Origin: Acidimicrobiales bacterium
GTDB lineage: Bacteria; Actinomycetota; Acidimicrobiia; Acidimicrobiales; RAAP-2
Direction of reading: 5' to 3'
DNA: 64,000 nucleotides
NCBI GenBank assembly: GCA_049801955.1
Contig: JBARLO010000056.1
Coordinates: 6,307-70,306, forward strand
Shown here: positions 34,627 to 43,834 of the stretch, in pieces
Layout of the letters: every line of letters starts with the position of its first letter
How positions within the stretch are numbered: the first letter of the stretch is position 1
The notes under the pieces: generated by a model
The model's database searches: none
What the model was told of the DNA's origin: nothing
Seen by the model: the letters and a program-made list of their open reading frames with translations, nothing else
Program-made: the position numbers and the translations under genes

Positions 34627-36048
34627 ATGATTGTGGTGAACGAGGTCCAGCAGTTTGACGTAGTCGTCATTGGCGGAGGACCTGGTGGATACGCCGCCGC
34701 CCTCTACGGTGCCGCGGCCGGACTCCACGTCGCCATCGTCGAGCGCGACAAGGTGGGAGGAACTTGCCTGCACCGCGGCTGCGTGCCCGCCAAGGAGTTC
34801 CTCGAGACGGCCCACGTGCGCCGAACGGTGGAGCACTCAAGCGACTTTGGAATCGCCACGACCGGCGTGAGCGTGGACTTTGCGGTCAGCCAGTCCCGCA
34901 AGAACGAGATCGTCGATGGCCTCTTCAAGGGTCTGTCCGGCCTGCTGAAGGGCCGCAAAGTCACCATCTTCGACGGTACGGGGCGTCTGGACGCGAACCT
35001 CATCGTGAACGTGGTCGATGGCGCCGACGCCGGCGTCGTGGCCCAAGGTAAGAACGTGATCCTCGCCGCCGGTTCGGTGCCGCGCACTCTGCCTGGTTTC
35101 GAGGTCGACGGCAAGATCGTCGTGACCTCGGACGAGTTCTTGGACCTCACCGCATTACCCAAGCGCTCGGTCGTCATCGGCGGAGGAGCAATTGGTTGTG
35201 AGTTCGCTTCGCTCCTGTCCGACATGGGTTCCGAAGTCACCATTCTCGAAGCGTTGCCCACTCTGCTCATGGGGTGCGACACCGAGGTCGCGAACGTCGT
35301 GAGCCGTTCCTTTAAGAAGCGCGGCATCGATATTCGCACCGGCGTCAACATCACCGGGCACACGCCGAAGAAGAGCTCCACGACGATTGAGATGGAAGGT
35401 GCGGAGAGCGTCGAGACCGACATGATCGTGATGTCGGTGGGACGTCGGCCCCGTACCGAGGGACTGCTCGGTGAGGGCACCGGGGTCGTGATCAACGATC
35501 GCGGCTTCGTCGAAGCGGACGGCTTCATGCGCACCGCTGCTGCGAACGTCTATGCGGTGGGTGACGTCGTCGCCGGCACCCCCCAGCTCGCCCACGTGGG
35601 CTTCGCCGAAGCGATCGTCGCGATCAAGACGATCTTGGGTGAGCCTGCCGTCCCCGTTGACTACGATCGCGTTCCCTGGGCCATCTACTCCAACCCCGAG
35701 GTTGCCTTCGTGGGTCTCACCGAGGCCGCGGCCAAAGAGAAGGGCTACGAGGTCGTCGTCAAGAAGGACCCCTTCGGCGGCAACTCGCGCGCCAAGATCA
35801 TTGGCGACACCGACGGTGTCGTCAAGATCATCGCCGAAAAGCGCGCCGATGGATCGGGCGGTCAGATCTTGGGCGTGCACATGGCAGGCCCGTGGGTGAC
35901 CGAGCAGTTGGGCGCGGGTTACTACGCCGTCAACTGGGAGGCGACCGCCGAAGAGGCGGCCGTGCTGATTCAGCCGCACCCGTCACTATCGGAGACGTTT
36001 GGCGAAACGCTCATCGCGTTGACGGGGCGAGGGCTGCACCTTGGCTGA
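34627..36048 (+). CDS. lpd: dihydrolipoyl dehydrogenase (E3)
   Basis: FAD motif VVVIGGGPGGYAAA, redox disulfide GGTCLHRGCVPAK, NAD motif VIGGGAIGCEFAS, and C-terminal HPSLSE. Confidence 0.95.
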   Translation: MIVVNEVQQFDVVVIGGGPGGYAAALYGAAAGLHVAIVERDKVGGTCLHRGCVPAKEFLETAHVRRTVEHSSDFGIATTGVSVDFAVSQSRKNEIVDGLFKGLSGLLKGRKVTIFDGTGRLDANLIVNVVDGADAGVVAQGKNVILAAGSVPRTLPGFEVDGKIVVTSDEFLDLTALPKRSVVIGGGAIGCEFASLLSDMGSEVTILEALPTLLMGCDTEVANVVSRSFKKRGIDIRTGVNITGHTPKKSSTTIEMEGAESVETDMIVMSVGRRPRTEGLLGEGTGVVINDRGFVEADGFMRTAAANVYAVGDVVAGTPQLAHVGFAEAIVAIKTILGEPAVPVDYDRVPWAIYSNPEVAFVGLTEAAAKEKGYEVVVKKDPFGGNSRAKIIGDTDGVVKIIAEKRADGSGGQILGVHMAGPWVTEQLGAGYYAVNWEATAEEAAVLIQPHPSLSETFGETLIALTGRGLHLG

Positions 36049-37258
36049 CGTCACCCTTCCCTCGTTGGGTGAGTCGGTCACCGAAGGAATCATCACGCAG
36101 TGGTTCAAGAAGGTGGGCGACGTGGTTGCTCGCGACGAACCGCTCTTTGAGGTATCGACCGACAAGGTTGACTCCGAGATGCCCTCACCGGCTGCCGGAG
36201 TTCTGGTCGAGATCCTTGCGGGTGAGGGCGACACTGTAGAGACCGGTGCGCGCGTTGCGGTTATCCAAGAGTCAGGTGACGCACCGATTACTTCAGCGCC
36301 CCCACCACAGTCGCCCGCCGAAGTCGCCGTTCCCAGTTCGACGGTCGAGCCGGCTCCGGCTCCGACACCGACACCGACGACTCCGGCGCCTTCACCGACG
36401 CCTCCGGCCCCTCTGGAGGAGTCGGCATCGGGTGTTGTCGTCTCGCCCGTCGTGCGTCGCATTCTGAGTGACGGCGGCGTTGAGGCGTCGTCGTTACGTG
36501 GCACCGGTCCCGGTGGAGCGATCACGCGACGCGACGCCGAACGCGCGGTGGCCCAAGGTCCAAGTGAAGAGGTGGTACTGCCACTCAGCAACGGTCAGCG
36601 GCGCATGGGTCAGCACATGTCCGTCTCCAGCCAGAGCACGCCGCACGGATTCGTCGCCGTCGAAGTGGACGGGGCGATCTTCGCAGAACTCGAATCGCTC
36701 GGTCGCGCCACGCGTGACGGCGAGTCGATCAGCGACGAGATGGTTGTGGCCCTGGCGGCAGTACGGGCCCTAGGGGAGTTTGAGTATTTGAACGCGACCT
36801 ACGAGGGCGACCAACTGACGCTGCACCGCACGGTCAACCTCGGACTCGTTCGATCCATCGCGGACGACGGCATGTTGGTGCCCGTCGTGCACGCCGCAGC
36901 CGGGCTGACCTTGCGCGCTCTCGCGCGACGCGTGAATGAACTCGACGCTCGCGTGCTCACGCGACAACTCACGGCCGATGACTTGATGGGCGGGACCTTC
37001 ACCGTGGCGGGCGCGCCCACTCAGAACACGCTGTGGTCAAAGCCCATCATCATTCAACCCGAAGTGGCGATTCTGTCGATGGGGGCGGTACGCGCGGTAC
37101 CGGTGGTGTCTCAGGGCGACTCGAGGATTGAGATTGGTCGTCGCGTGGTGCTCGGCCTCTCCTTTGATCATCGCGTCTGTGAGCCCACTGCTGCGGCCAT
37201 GTACCTCGAGCGGGTCGGTGAGCTGCTCGCGGGACTGGACCTCGAGAGCGATCGCTAG
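36041..37258 (+). CDS. 2-oxoacid dehydrogenase E2 dihydrolipoamide acyltransferase
   Basis: Lipoyl domain LFEVSTDKVDSEMPSPAAG, a Pro/Ala/Thr linker, an E3-binding domain (SPVVRRILSDGGVEASSLRGTGPGGAITRRD), and a catalytic domain ending in LSFDHRVCEP. The TTG start overlaps the lpd stop. Confidence 0.9.
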   Translation: MADVTLPSLGESVTEGIITQWFKKVGDVVARDEPLFEVSTDKVDSEMPSPAAGVLVEILAGEGDTVETGARVAVIQESGDAPITSAPPPQSPAEVAVPSSTVEPAPAPTPTPTTPAPSPTPPAPLEESASGVVVSPVVRRILSDGGVEASSLRGTGPGGAITRRDAERAVAQGPSEEVVLPLSNGQRRMGQHMSVSSQSTPHGFVAVEVDGAIFAELESLGRATRDGESISDEMVVALAAVRALGEFEYLNATYEGDQLTLHRTVNLGLVRSIADDGMLVPVVHAAAGLTLRALARRVNELDARVLTRQLTADDLMGGTFTVAGAPTQNTLWSKPIIIQPEVAILSMGAVRAVPVVSQGDSRIEIGRRVVLGLSFDHRVCEPTAAAMYLERVGELLAGLDLESDR

Positions 37259-38887
37259 ATGCTGCGCCGCCGCCATCTGGGTCGCGTCTCGTTCGCCGAG
37301 GCGAACGATTTTCAGCGGGCGCTGCTCCAGGCGAGCGACGACTACGTCTTATTGTTCGAGCATCCTCCGACCTACACGCGCGGCGTGCGTACGCACGAGG
37401 AGAACTTCCTCATACCGCCGTCTCAGCTGAACGCGGTCGTCATTGACGCCGACCGTGGCGGGGACGTCACCTATCACGCCCCGGGCCAGGTCGTCGCCTG
37501 GGCCATCGTCACGGTGGCCGATGATCCAGCCACTGGCAAGATGCACGTTCGCCACTTAGAGGACGCGGTGATCGCCACGGTCCGTTCTTTCGATCCCGAG
37601 AGACTGCTCGGCGACGTGGGTCGACTGGAGGGCTACCCCGGGGTGTGGGCTCGACTCGACTCGCACCCGGCCAAGATCGCCGCCGTGGGCGTGCGCACTG
37701 AGCGCAATGAGAACGGACTGCGACGCACACTGCACGGCGTGGCGCTCAACGTAGACATCGATCTTTCGGGATTCGCCGCCATCGTGCCGTGTGGCATTCC
37801 CGATAAGCCCGTGGCGTCGATGACGTCGCTCGGGCTTCGGGTGGGTTCGCTTGAGGTGGAAGCCGCACTGGGCGAAGCACTCGATCGCGAGCTTGGCAGT
37901 GTGGCGCGCGTCGCGGCGGTTGACCGCAGCGCCGCGACGACATCCGACGAGCGCCCCCTTCTTCGTCGTCTGCGCAAAGCGGGCGTTGACCCCGATGCGG
38001 GTCTGGCGATCACGACGCGCAAGCCGGAGTGGTTGCGCATCGAAGCTCATATGGGCAGTGAGTATCAGTCCCTGCGTAAATTGACCGAGGACTTGAGGTT
38101 GGTGACGGTCTGTGAAGAGGCCGGGTGCCCCAACATCTTTGAGTGCTGGGCCTCAGGTACCGCGACGTTCATGGTGAATGGCGAGCGATGCACCAGAGCC
38201 TGCGGTTTCTGCCTGGTCGATACTCGTAAGCCTCTCGCGCTCGATCCCACCGAACCCGAACGTGTCGCCGAAGCGGTGGTACGCCTCAAGTTGGCTCACG
38301 CCGTGATCACCTGCGTCGCGCGTGACGATCTCGCCGATGGAGGAGCGGGCGCCATTGCGGCGAGTGTGCGCGCCATTCGCGAGCGCTCACCCGGCACCGA
38401 CGTCGAGGTGTTGACCAGCGACTTGCGCGGCGATCCCGACTCGCTGCGCATCCTCATCGATGAACGACCCGACGTGCTCAATCACAACGTCGAGACCGTC
38501 GCTCGCCTCCAGCGCGCCGTTCGCCCGAGTGCGGGCTACTTGCGCTCACTCACCGTGCTCGCGCGGGGGGCTGAGGCGGGGCTGGTCACCAAGTCCGGAC
38601 TTATGGTCGGGTTGGGTGAGAGTGCCGACGAAGTGGAAGAGACCTTGGCCGACCTGGCCGCAGTGGGCGTACAGATCGTGACCATCGGACAATACCTGCG
38701 CCCGACGGAGCGCCACTTGCCCGTCGCGCGGTACTGGGAGCCCTCGGAGTTCGACGACCTCGCTGAGCGCGGGCGACGCCTCGGTCTTCGCCACGTGCAG
38801 TCCTCGCCACTCACGCGTTCGAGCTACCACGCTCGCGAAGCGCTGAGTAACGCCACACCGGTGGCGGCACCTTCGTTGCGCCGTTAG
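37259..38887 (+). CDS. lipB/lipA: fused octanoyltransferase LipB / lipoyl synthase LipA (single 542-aa ORF)
   Basis: Residues 1 to about 205 are LipB (FEHPPTYTRG, DRGGDVTYHAPGQVV, KIAAVGVR, VPCGI). Residues from about 240 to 542 are LipA (RKPEWLRI, CEEAGCPNIFEC, radical-SAM CTRACGFC, RSSYHA). No stop codon lies between them. Confidence 0.85.
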   Translation: MLRRRHLGRVSFAEANDFQRALLQASDDYVLLFEHPPTYTRGVRTHEENFLIPPSQLNAVVIDADRGGDVTYHAPGQVVAWAIVTVADDPATGKMHVRHLEDAVIATVRSFDPERLLGDVGRLEGYPGVWARLDSHPAKIAAVGVRTERNENGLRRTLHGVALNVDIDLSGFAAIVPCGIPDKPVASMTSLGLRVGSLEVEAALGEALDRELGSVARVAAVDRSAATTSDERPLLRRLRKAGVDPDAGLAITTRKPEWLRIEAHMGSEYQSLRKLTEDLRLVTVCEEAGCPNIFECWASGTATFMVNGERCTRACGFCLVDTRKPLALDPTEPERVAEAVVRLKLAHAVITCVARDDLADGGAGAIAASVRAIRERSPGTDVEVLTSDLRGDPDSLRILIDERPDVLNHNVETVARLQRAVRPSAGYLRSLTVLARGAEAGLVTKSGLMVGLGESADEVEETLADLAAVGVQIVTIGQYLRPTERHLPVARYWEPSEFDDLAERGRRLGLRHVQSSPLTRSSYHAREALSNATPVAAPSLRR

Positions 38888-39306
38888 TTCATATCGGGTT
38901 CCGGCGTCTCGCCGGCCATGATCTTCTCGAGGCGGGTCAAGTAGTACCCCCAGCCGTCTTCGTGATCGCTGACGGCGTCCTCGGGTAGACCGCGGTGAGT
39001 GAGGCGCACCAGCGTGTTCTCACCCTGAGGCGTCAGGCTGATCTCAACTTCGGTTGAACCGGGAGGGATCGGATGTCCCGGCTCACTCCACCCGAAGGTG
39101 AACACGACGCGCTCGTCGCTCACGATGTCGATGAACTCTCCCGCGCCCTCATTCCCGCCACAATTCACTTCAACTATGCCACCGGGCCGCGGATCGAGTT
39201 TCACGGATCGGCCCAGCCACTGGACCATCAGGTCGGGGTCGACGAGGTAGGGGAATACCGTCGCGGGGGAGGCCTCCACCACGATCTCTCTCACTGCTTC
39301 ACTCAT
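38884..39306 (-). CDS. SRPBCC family protein (AHSA1/START-like)
   Basis: VEASPATVFPYLVDPDLMVQWLG...ERVVFTFGW...TLVRLTHRGL. The start has an ATGA overlap with the upstream ArsR stop. Confidence 0.8.
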   Translation of the reverse strand: MSEAVREIVVEASPATVFPYLVDPDLMVQWLGRSVKLDPRPGGIVEVNCGGNEGAGEFIDIVSDERVVFTFGWSEPGHPIPPGSTEVEISLTPQGENTLVRLTHRGLPEDAVSDHEDGWGYYLTRLEKIMAGETPEPDMN

Positions 39307-39620
39307 AACTGTCCTTTCACTTGTTCGCTCGATTCGGCGAGGTCGCGCAACTTCTCGAGACTGTTCGTCCAAAACGAGTCCAGAAAGTCGCGAAGTCGGG
39401 CCACCTCGGTGTGATTGACGCAGTACATCCGTCGCGTCCCCTCGCGTCGCTCGCTCACGAGGCCACTGCGGCGAAGCACGCCCAGGTGTTGGGAGATTGC
39501 CGAGCGCGTGACCGAGGGAAAGTGTGCCGCGATCTCGCTCGCCGTCTTCTCCTCGCTCCACACGAGCCGTACGATCTCGCATCGCTTGGTCTCGCTCAAG
39601 GTCTTCAGTAGCGTCTCCAC
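39303..39620 (-). CDS. ArsR/SmtB family transcriptional regulator
   Basis: RCEIVRLVWSEEKTASEIAAHFPSVTRSAISQHLGVLRRSGLVSERREGTRRMY is the ArsR wHTH. GTG start at 39620. Confidence 0.85.
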   Translation of the reverse strand: METLLKTLSETKRCEIVRLVWSEEKTASEIAAHFPSVTRSAISQHLGVLRRSGLVSERREGTRRMYCVNHTEVARLRDFLDSFWTNSLEKLRDLAESSEQVKGQL

Positions 39621-39622
39621 GT

Positions 39623-39666
39623 CTTTACGTTAGCAAGTCCTTACGTAAGTGTCAACTTACGTAAGG
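39623..39666 (-). promoter_or_regulatory. promoter with three CTTACGTAAG-type palindromic operator boxes upstream of the ArsR gene
   Basis: There are two perfect 10-bp palindromes CTTACGTAAG (39640-39649 and 39656-39665) and one imperfect copy CTTTACGTTAG (39623-39633). The minus strand reads TTGACA (39655-39650), a 17-nt spacer, TAACGT (39632-39627), 6 nt, then GTG 39620. Confidence 0.5.
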
Positions 39667-39776
39667 CGGCGATTTTCGGGAGATTGGCACGAGTTTTGAC
39701 ACAATGGAACGTGCACCCGACGGGTGAGCGCGTTCGACGCCGCGAACTTCTTCACGTGCGTTGGGCCGATGAAAGG

Positions 39777-41270
39777 ATGAAAATGTCTCGCACGGCTCGC
39801 GTCTCGTCCATCAAAGAGGCGCTGGGCGCGCCCACCATCGCGGTACCCGTGGTGATGCGTGACGGCGCCGGTACCATCAGCCCCACCGTCGCCCAGGCGG
39901 GCGTGGACGCGCCCACGTCGCTGAGCGCGCAGTGGTGCCTCGGCCAGGGACTAAAGAACGACCCCGGATCGATCGCCGTGCTGCGATCGCTCGATGGCGC
40001 CAATGTGGCCCTGGTCTCAATCGGTCAAGACGTTCAGTCGGTCGCGGCCTACCGGCTGGCCGGAGCGAGCGCCGCGCGAGCTGCGGGCGAGGGCGGCTTC
40101 GCATTCTTTCTTCCGACTGAGGGCCTCGACCACCCCGGGACGATCGCTCAAGCGGTCGTCGAGGGCGCTCTGCTCGTGTCGTACACCTACAAGACCCGCG
40201 ACGTGACCTCGAGTGTGGAGATCGTTCCCATCGGTAGTCCGCTGCCGCCCGTCTCGGTTCACGACGAAGTCACCCGTGGCGTCGAACGCGGAGCGCGCAT
40301 TGGCGACGGCGTCAACTGGGCGAAGCAGTTGGTGGACACTCCCGCCAGCTCGCTGCCGCCGAGGGTTCTCGCGGCGGAGATTGAGTCACGACTGAGTGCG
40401 GATCCTCACATCGACGTCCGCGTGTGGACGGAGTCGAAGATCCGCGACGAGCGACTGGGGGGACTGCTGGGGGTGGGTCTGGGTTCGGCCCAGCCCACTC
40501 GTCTCGTCTATGTCACCTACGACCCCGAACCAGGCGCCACGATGCCCCACGTCGCGCTCGTGGGTAAGGGTGTGACCTTCGACTCGGGGGGACTGTCGCT
40601 CAAGGCCGCCGAGAGCATGATGACCATGAAGACCGACATGAGCGGAGCGGCCATTGTCATGGGGGCCACGTCGGTCGCCAGTCAGCTCGGTCTGCGCGTT
40701 CGTGTGACCGCGATCGCCCCGCTCACCGAAAACCTGGTGGGTGACAACGCGACCAAGCCCGGCGACGTTCTCACGATTCGAAACGGCATGACCATTGAGG
40801 TTCTCAACACCGACGCCGAAGGCCGTCTGATCCTGGCCGATGGGTTGAGCCTCGCCGCCGAGACCGACGCCGACGCCATCATCGATGTCGCCACGCTGAC
40901 CGCCGCCCAGAAGACCGCACTCGGTGATGAGGTTGGAGCGATCTACGCGACGGACGAAGGCTTGGCCGAACAACTCATCGCCGCGTCGGGTGTCTCCGGC
41001 GAGACGTTGTGGCGACTGCCACTGGTCGACGCGTACGAGGTCCACATTGAGTCCGACGTTGCCGACATGAAGAACATCGGTAAGCCGTTGGTCGGGGGGT
41101 CCATCGTGGCCGCCTTGATACTGCGGAGATTCACCGCGGGCAAGCCGTGGGCGCACCTGGACATCGCCGGGCCGGCTCGCGCGGATGGGCCCCGAGGGTA
41201 TGTCAATAAGGGCGCGACGGCTTTTTCTCTGCGCGCCATCGTCGAGTACTTGAGTGCTCTGTCGAACTAA
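39777..41270 (+). CDS. pepA: leucyl aminopeptidase (M17)
   Basis: VGKGVTFDSGGLSLK and NTDAEGRLILADGL are the M17 signatures. The start is ATG 39777 or 39783, after AAAGGA. Confidence 0.9.
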   Translation: MKMSRTARVSSIKEALGAPTIAVPVVMRDGAGTISPTVAQAGVDAPTSLSAQWCLGQGLKNDPGSIAVLRSLDGANVALVSIGQDVQSVAAYRLAGASAARAAGEGGFAFFLPTEGLDHPGTIAQAVVEGALLVSYTYKTRDVTSSVEIVPIGSPLPPVSVHDEVTRGVERGARIGDGVNWAKQLVDTPASSLPPRVLAAEIESRLSADPHIDVRVWTESKIRDERLGGLLGVGLGSAQPTRLVYVTYDPEPGATMPHVALVGKGVTFDSGGLSLKAAESMMTMKTDMSGAAIVMGATSVASQLGLRVRVTAIAPLTENLVGDNATKPGDVLTIRNGMTIEVLNTDAEGRLILADGLSLAAETDADAIIDVATLTAAQKTALGDEVGAIYATDEGLAEQLIAASGVSGETLWRLPLVDAYEVHIESDVADMKNIGKPLVGGSIVAALILRRFTAGKPWAHLDIAGPARADGPRGYVNKGATAFSLRAIVEYLSALSN

Positions 41271-41917
41271 AAGACGCGGCGCACGCGTTCGGACCGCGAC
41301 GGGACGCCTCGTTCGAGCGAAGCCGAGCGCACATCGTTCGCGTCGGCGCGCCCAATCAGCACGCTCGCAAAGAGCTCTTCGTCGCTGATATCTGCCCAGT
41401 CGCGCACGGCGGCGCCATGACGAAAGTTGCCCCAGATCGTCGCCTGCCAGCCGCTCTCCTCAAGGAGGAGTAAGAGCGCCATTGTCGCCATGGCGGCGTC
41501 GGTGTGCCAGTACGGCAGGGGCCAGGCGTCGCGCTGCGACAGTCCCGAGGGCGACTTGTCCGCCTCGGCGTAGCGCGCGAGATAGTCCTGCGGTCGCGAC
41601 GTGACAAGCACCGCCGCACCCGCTCGCGAGAGTCCCTCGTAGCGCCGAGAGGTCTCGCGCCACTCAGGGTCCGTGGCGACGTCGAGGAACTCCTTCACGT
41701 GCGTCGCGTCAATGAGGTGACATCGCACGCCAGCGGCGTTGCCGGCCGTGGGGGACCACAGCGCCTCGGCGCACAGTTCCCCGAGCCACTCGAGATCGAC
41801 CGGCGTACCGTCAAAGGAGCGGCTCATGCGCCGGGCCGCGAGCAGGCTGCGAAGATCCACGGTCCGAGGTCTACCAGGCGAGTGCCATTGTTGACCTGAC
41901 CAGTAAGATTTCTCCAC
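41267..41917 (-). CDS. nitroreductase family protein
   Basis: LLAARRMSRSFDGTPV is the typical RRS.R.F motif. It is followed by PTAGNAAG... and ...LLLEESGW. The start is uncertain (GTG 41917 or GTG 41860). Confidence 0.75.
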   Translation of the reverse strand: MEKSYWSGQQWHSPGRPRTVDLRSLLAARRMSRSFDGTPVDLEWLGELCAEALWSPTAGNAAGVRCHLIDATHVKEFLDVATDPEWRETSRRYEGLSRAGAAVLVTSRPQDYLARYAEADKSPSGLSQRDAWPLPYWHTDAAMATMALLLLLEESGWQATIWGNFRHGAAVRDWADISDEELFASVLIGRADANDVRSASLERGVPSRSERVRRVF

Positions 41918-41933
41918 CAGTTAAGGAGCGCTG

Positions 41934-43097
41934 ATGTCGTCACCCCGAGACCTGCTGAACGCCGCCAAGTCCGAAATCCGCGAAGTCACCCCCGAAGACG
42001 TCGCCTCGCGACTCGACCAACTCACGATCCTTGACGTGCGCGAACCCGACGAGTACGAGCAGGGCGCTCTGGCGGGCGCGATTCACGTGCCGCGTGGTCA
42101 GCTGGAGTTTTCCATCGAGGGTCGCATCACCGACAAGACGGCCCCGATTGCGGTGTACTGCGCGGGCGGCACTCGCAGCGCCTTTGCCGCCAAAACCCTC
42201 CAGGAGCTGGGCTATCAAGACGTGGTCTCCATGGCCGGGGGCTTTAATAAGTGGAAGGACGAAGGTCGCGCGTGGTCAGCGCCCCAGACCATGAGCGCGA
42301 ACCAGCGACTGCGCTACCAGCGCCACCTCCTTCTGCCGGAGGTCGGCGAAAAGGGGCAGATGAAGCTACTGGACTCCAAGGTCCTCTTGCTCGGCGCCGG
42401 CGGGCTGGGCTCGCCGGCGGCATTATATCTCGCGGCCGCGGGAGTGGGCACGATCGGGATCATCGACATGGACGTGGTGGATGAGTCCAACCTGCAGCGT
42501 CAGATCCTGCACACGATGGATCGCGTCGGTATGCGCAAGGTCGACAGTGCCAAGGTCGCGCTCACCGCAATGAACCCCGACGTCACCGTGATCACCTACG
42601 ACACGCGACTGGGCGCGGACAATATCTTGGACATCATCGACGGCTACGACGTCATCGTCGATGGCACCGACAATTTCCCCACTCGCTATCTACTGAATGA
42701 CGCCTCGCTCATCAAGCGCATTCCCGTCGTGCACGGCTCGATCTTTCGCTTCGACGGTCAGATCACGGTCTTCAACCCCTTCGTGGGTCCCTGTTACCGC
42801 TGCATGATTCCCGAACCGCCACCACCGGAACTGGCACCCAGTTGCGCCGAAGCGGGCGTGCTCGGCGTACTCCCGGGCATTGTCGGTTCTCTTCAGGCGC
42901 TCGAGGCCATCAAACTGCTCTTGAACTTGGGCGATCCGTTGGTTGGTCGACTCCTGACCTTTGACGCTCTGGAACAGTCGTTTCGCACGTTCAAGGTGCG
43001 TCGGGATCCCGCGTGCCCGGTGTGTGGCGAACACGCCGGCGAGATCACCATCGCCGAGTACGACGACCTATGCATGCCACACCCCGTGCGGGTGTAG
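41934..43097 (+). CDS. ThiF/MoeB-type adenylyltransferase with an N-terminal rhodanese domain
   Basis: Residues from about 10 to 115 are rhodanese (ILDVREPDEYEQG..., active-site loop VYCAGGTRS). Next comes ThiF (RYQRHLLLPEVGEKGQ, LLLGAGGLGSPAALYLAAAGVG, DESNLQRQILH) with two CxxC pairs (CYRC, CPVC). AAGGAG Shine-Dalgarno. Confidence 0.9.
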   Translation: MSSPRDLLNAAKSEIREVTPEDVASRLDQLTILDVREPDEYEQGALAGAIHVPRGQLEFSIEGRITDKTAPIAVYCAGGTRSAFAAKTLQELGYQDVVSMAGGFNKWKDEGRAWSAPQTMSANQRLRYQRHLLLPEVGEKGQMKLLDSKVLLLGAGGLGSPAALYLAAAGVGTIGIIDMDVVDESNLQRQILHTMDRVGMRKVDSAKVALTAMNPDVTVITYDTRLGADNILDIIDGYDVIVDGTDNFPTRYLLNDASLIKRIPVVHGSIFRFDGQITVFNPFVGPCYRCMIPEPPPPELAPSCAEAGVLGVLPGIVGSLQALEAIKLLLNLGDPLVGRLLTFDALEQSFRTFKVRRDPACPVCGEHAGEITIAEYDDLCMPHPVRV

Positions 43098-43163
43098 GGC
43101 GAACCGACACAATGCTCCAGTGAGGAGCGAAGGTGAGATGCGGCCTCGTCACCCTGGTGGTAC

Positions 43164-43493
43164 TCACCTACTCCAGTCCGCGCTGCGTTGAAGTTGCCAC
43201 GCCTTCTCTAAGGCACTCTCGATAGCGACGATGTCACCGTGGGCGAAATCGGCCACGATCATCATGTGCTTGACGTATCGAGTCGGCACGCTGAACGTGG
43301 CGGGAAAGTTTTCCAGCAACGACTCGCGAAAATCGAAGTCAGCCCTAATGACCAAAGATTTCGTGTCGAGCTGACGAGCAATCAGCCGGCCCCGGTAGCG
43401 CCACTCGTGCAACTGATCTCGCGACGCTGTCCGGCGTACTCCCTCGAGCCCCTCCACGCAATCGGCAATCTCTTCGATCCTCACGCGTCCCAT
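43164..43493 (-). CDS. hypothetical protein, possibly MmcQ/YjbR-like
   Basis: 109 aa from ATG 43493 (MGRVRIEEIADCVEGLEGV...). The family assignment is only a weak pattern resemblance. The upstream part of the tracked ORF overlaps the ABM gene region. Confidence 0.45.
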   Translation of the reverse strand: MGRVRIEEIADCVEGLEGVRRTASRDQLHEWRYRGRLIARQLDTKSLVIRADFDFRESLLENFPATFSVPTRYVKHMMIVADFAHGDIVAIESALEKAWQLQRSADWSR

Positions 43494-43540
43494 ATTGGGG
43501 CGAAGAGAGAGCTGCGTCAATGTCCGCGAGGACGCGGTAT

Positions 43541-43834
43541 TTAGCGATCGACGGGGTCGTGAAAGTGGGTCACGTTGAGTGCACCGACGTAGAACGGGTG
43601 TGTCAACTCGCGCCAGCGCGCGTACAACTCGGTCTCGCGGAAGGCCATATGGGCGTCCAACGTCGTCCAGCGAACGAGGAGCAGGTAAACCGACGGGTCT
43701 TCTTCCTGGCGACGAAACTCCGCCCCGTGACACCCCGGCGCGGACTCAATGATGGGCAGGGCCTCTCGCGCGGCGTCTTCAAACTCGGCTTCCTCGCCGG
43801 AGCGGACCTGCAGGACCGCGTGCTCAAGCATCAT
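43541..43834 (-). CDS. antibiotic biosynthesis monooxygenase (ABM) domain protein
   Basis: 97 aa in a ferredoxin-like ABM pattern: VLQVRSGEEAEFE...PGCHGAEFRR..EDPSVYLLLVRWTTLDAHM.AFRE. Confidence 0.75.
   Translation of the reverse strand: MMLEHAVLQVRSGEEAEFEDAAREALPIIESAPGCHGAEFRRQEEDPSVYLLLVRWTTLDAHMAFRETELYARWRELTHPFYVGALNVTHFHDPVDR

Noticed and set aside
37166-37186. E2 catalytic motif reads DHRVCEP instead of the usual DHRxxDG
   Set aside because: The catalytic His is retained and the following acidic position is Glu, a conservative change. That is not enough to argue for loss of function without an alignment.
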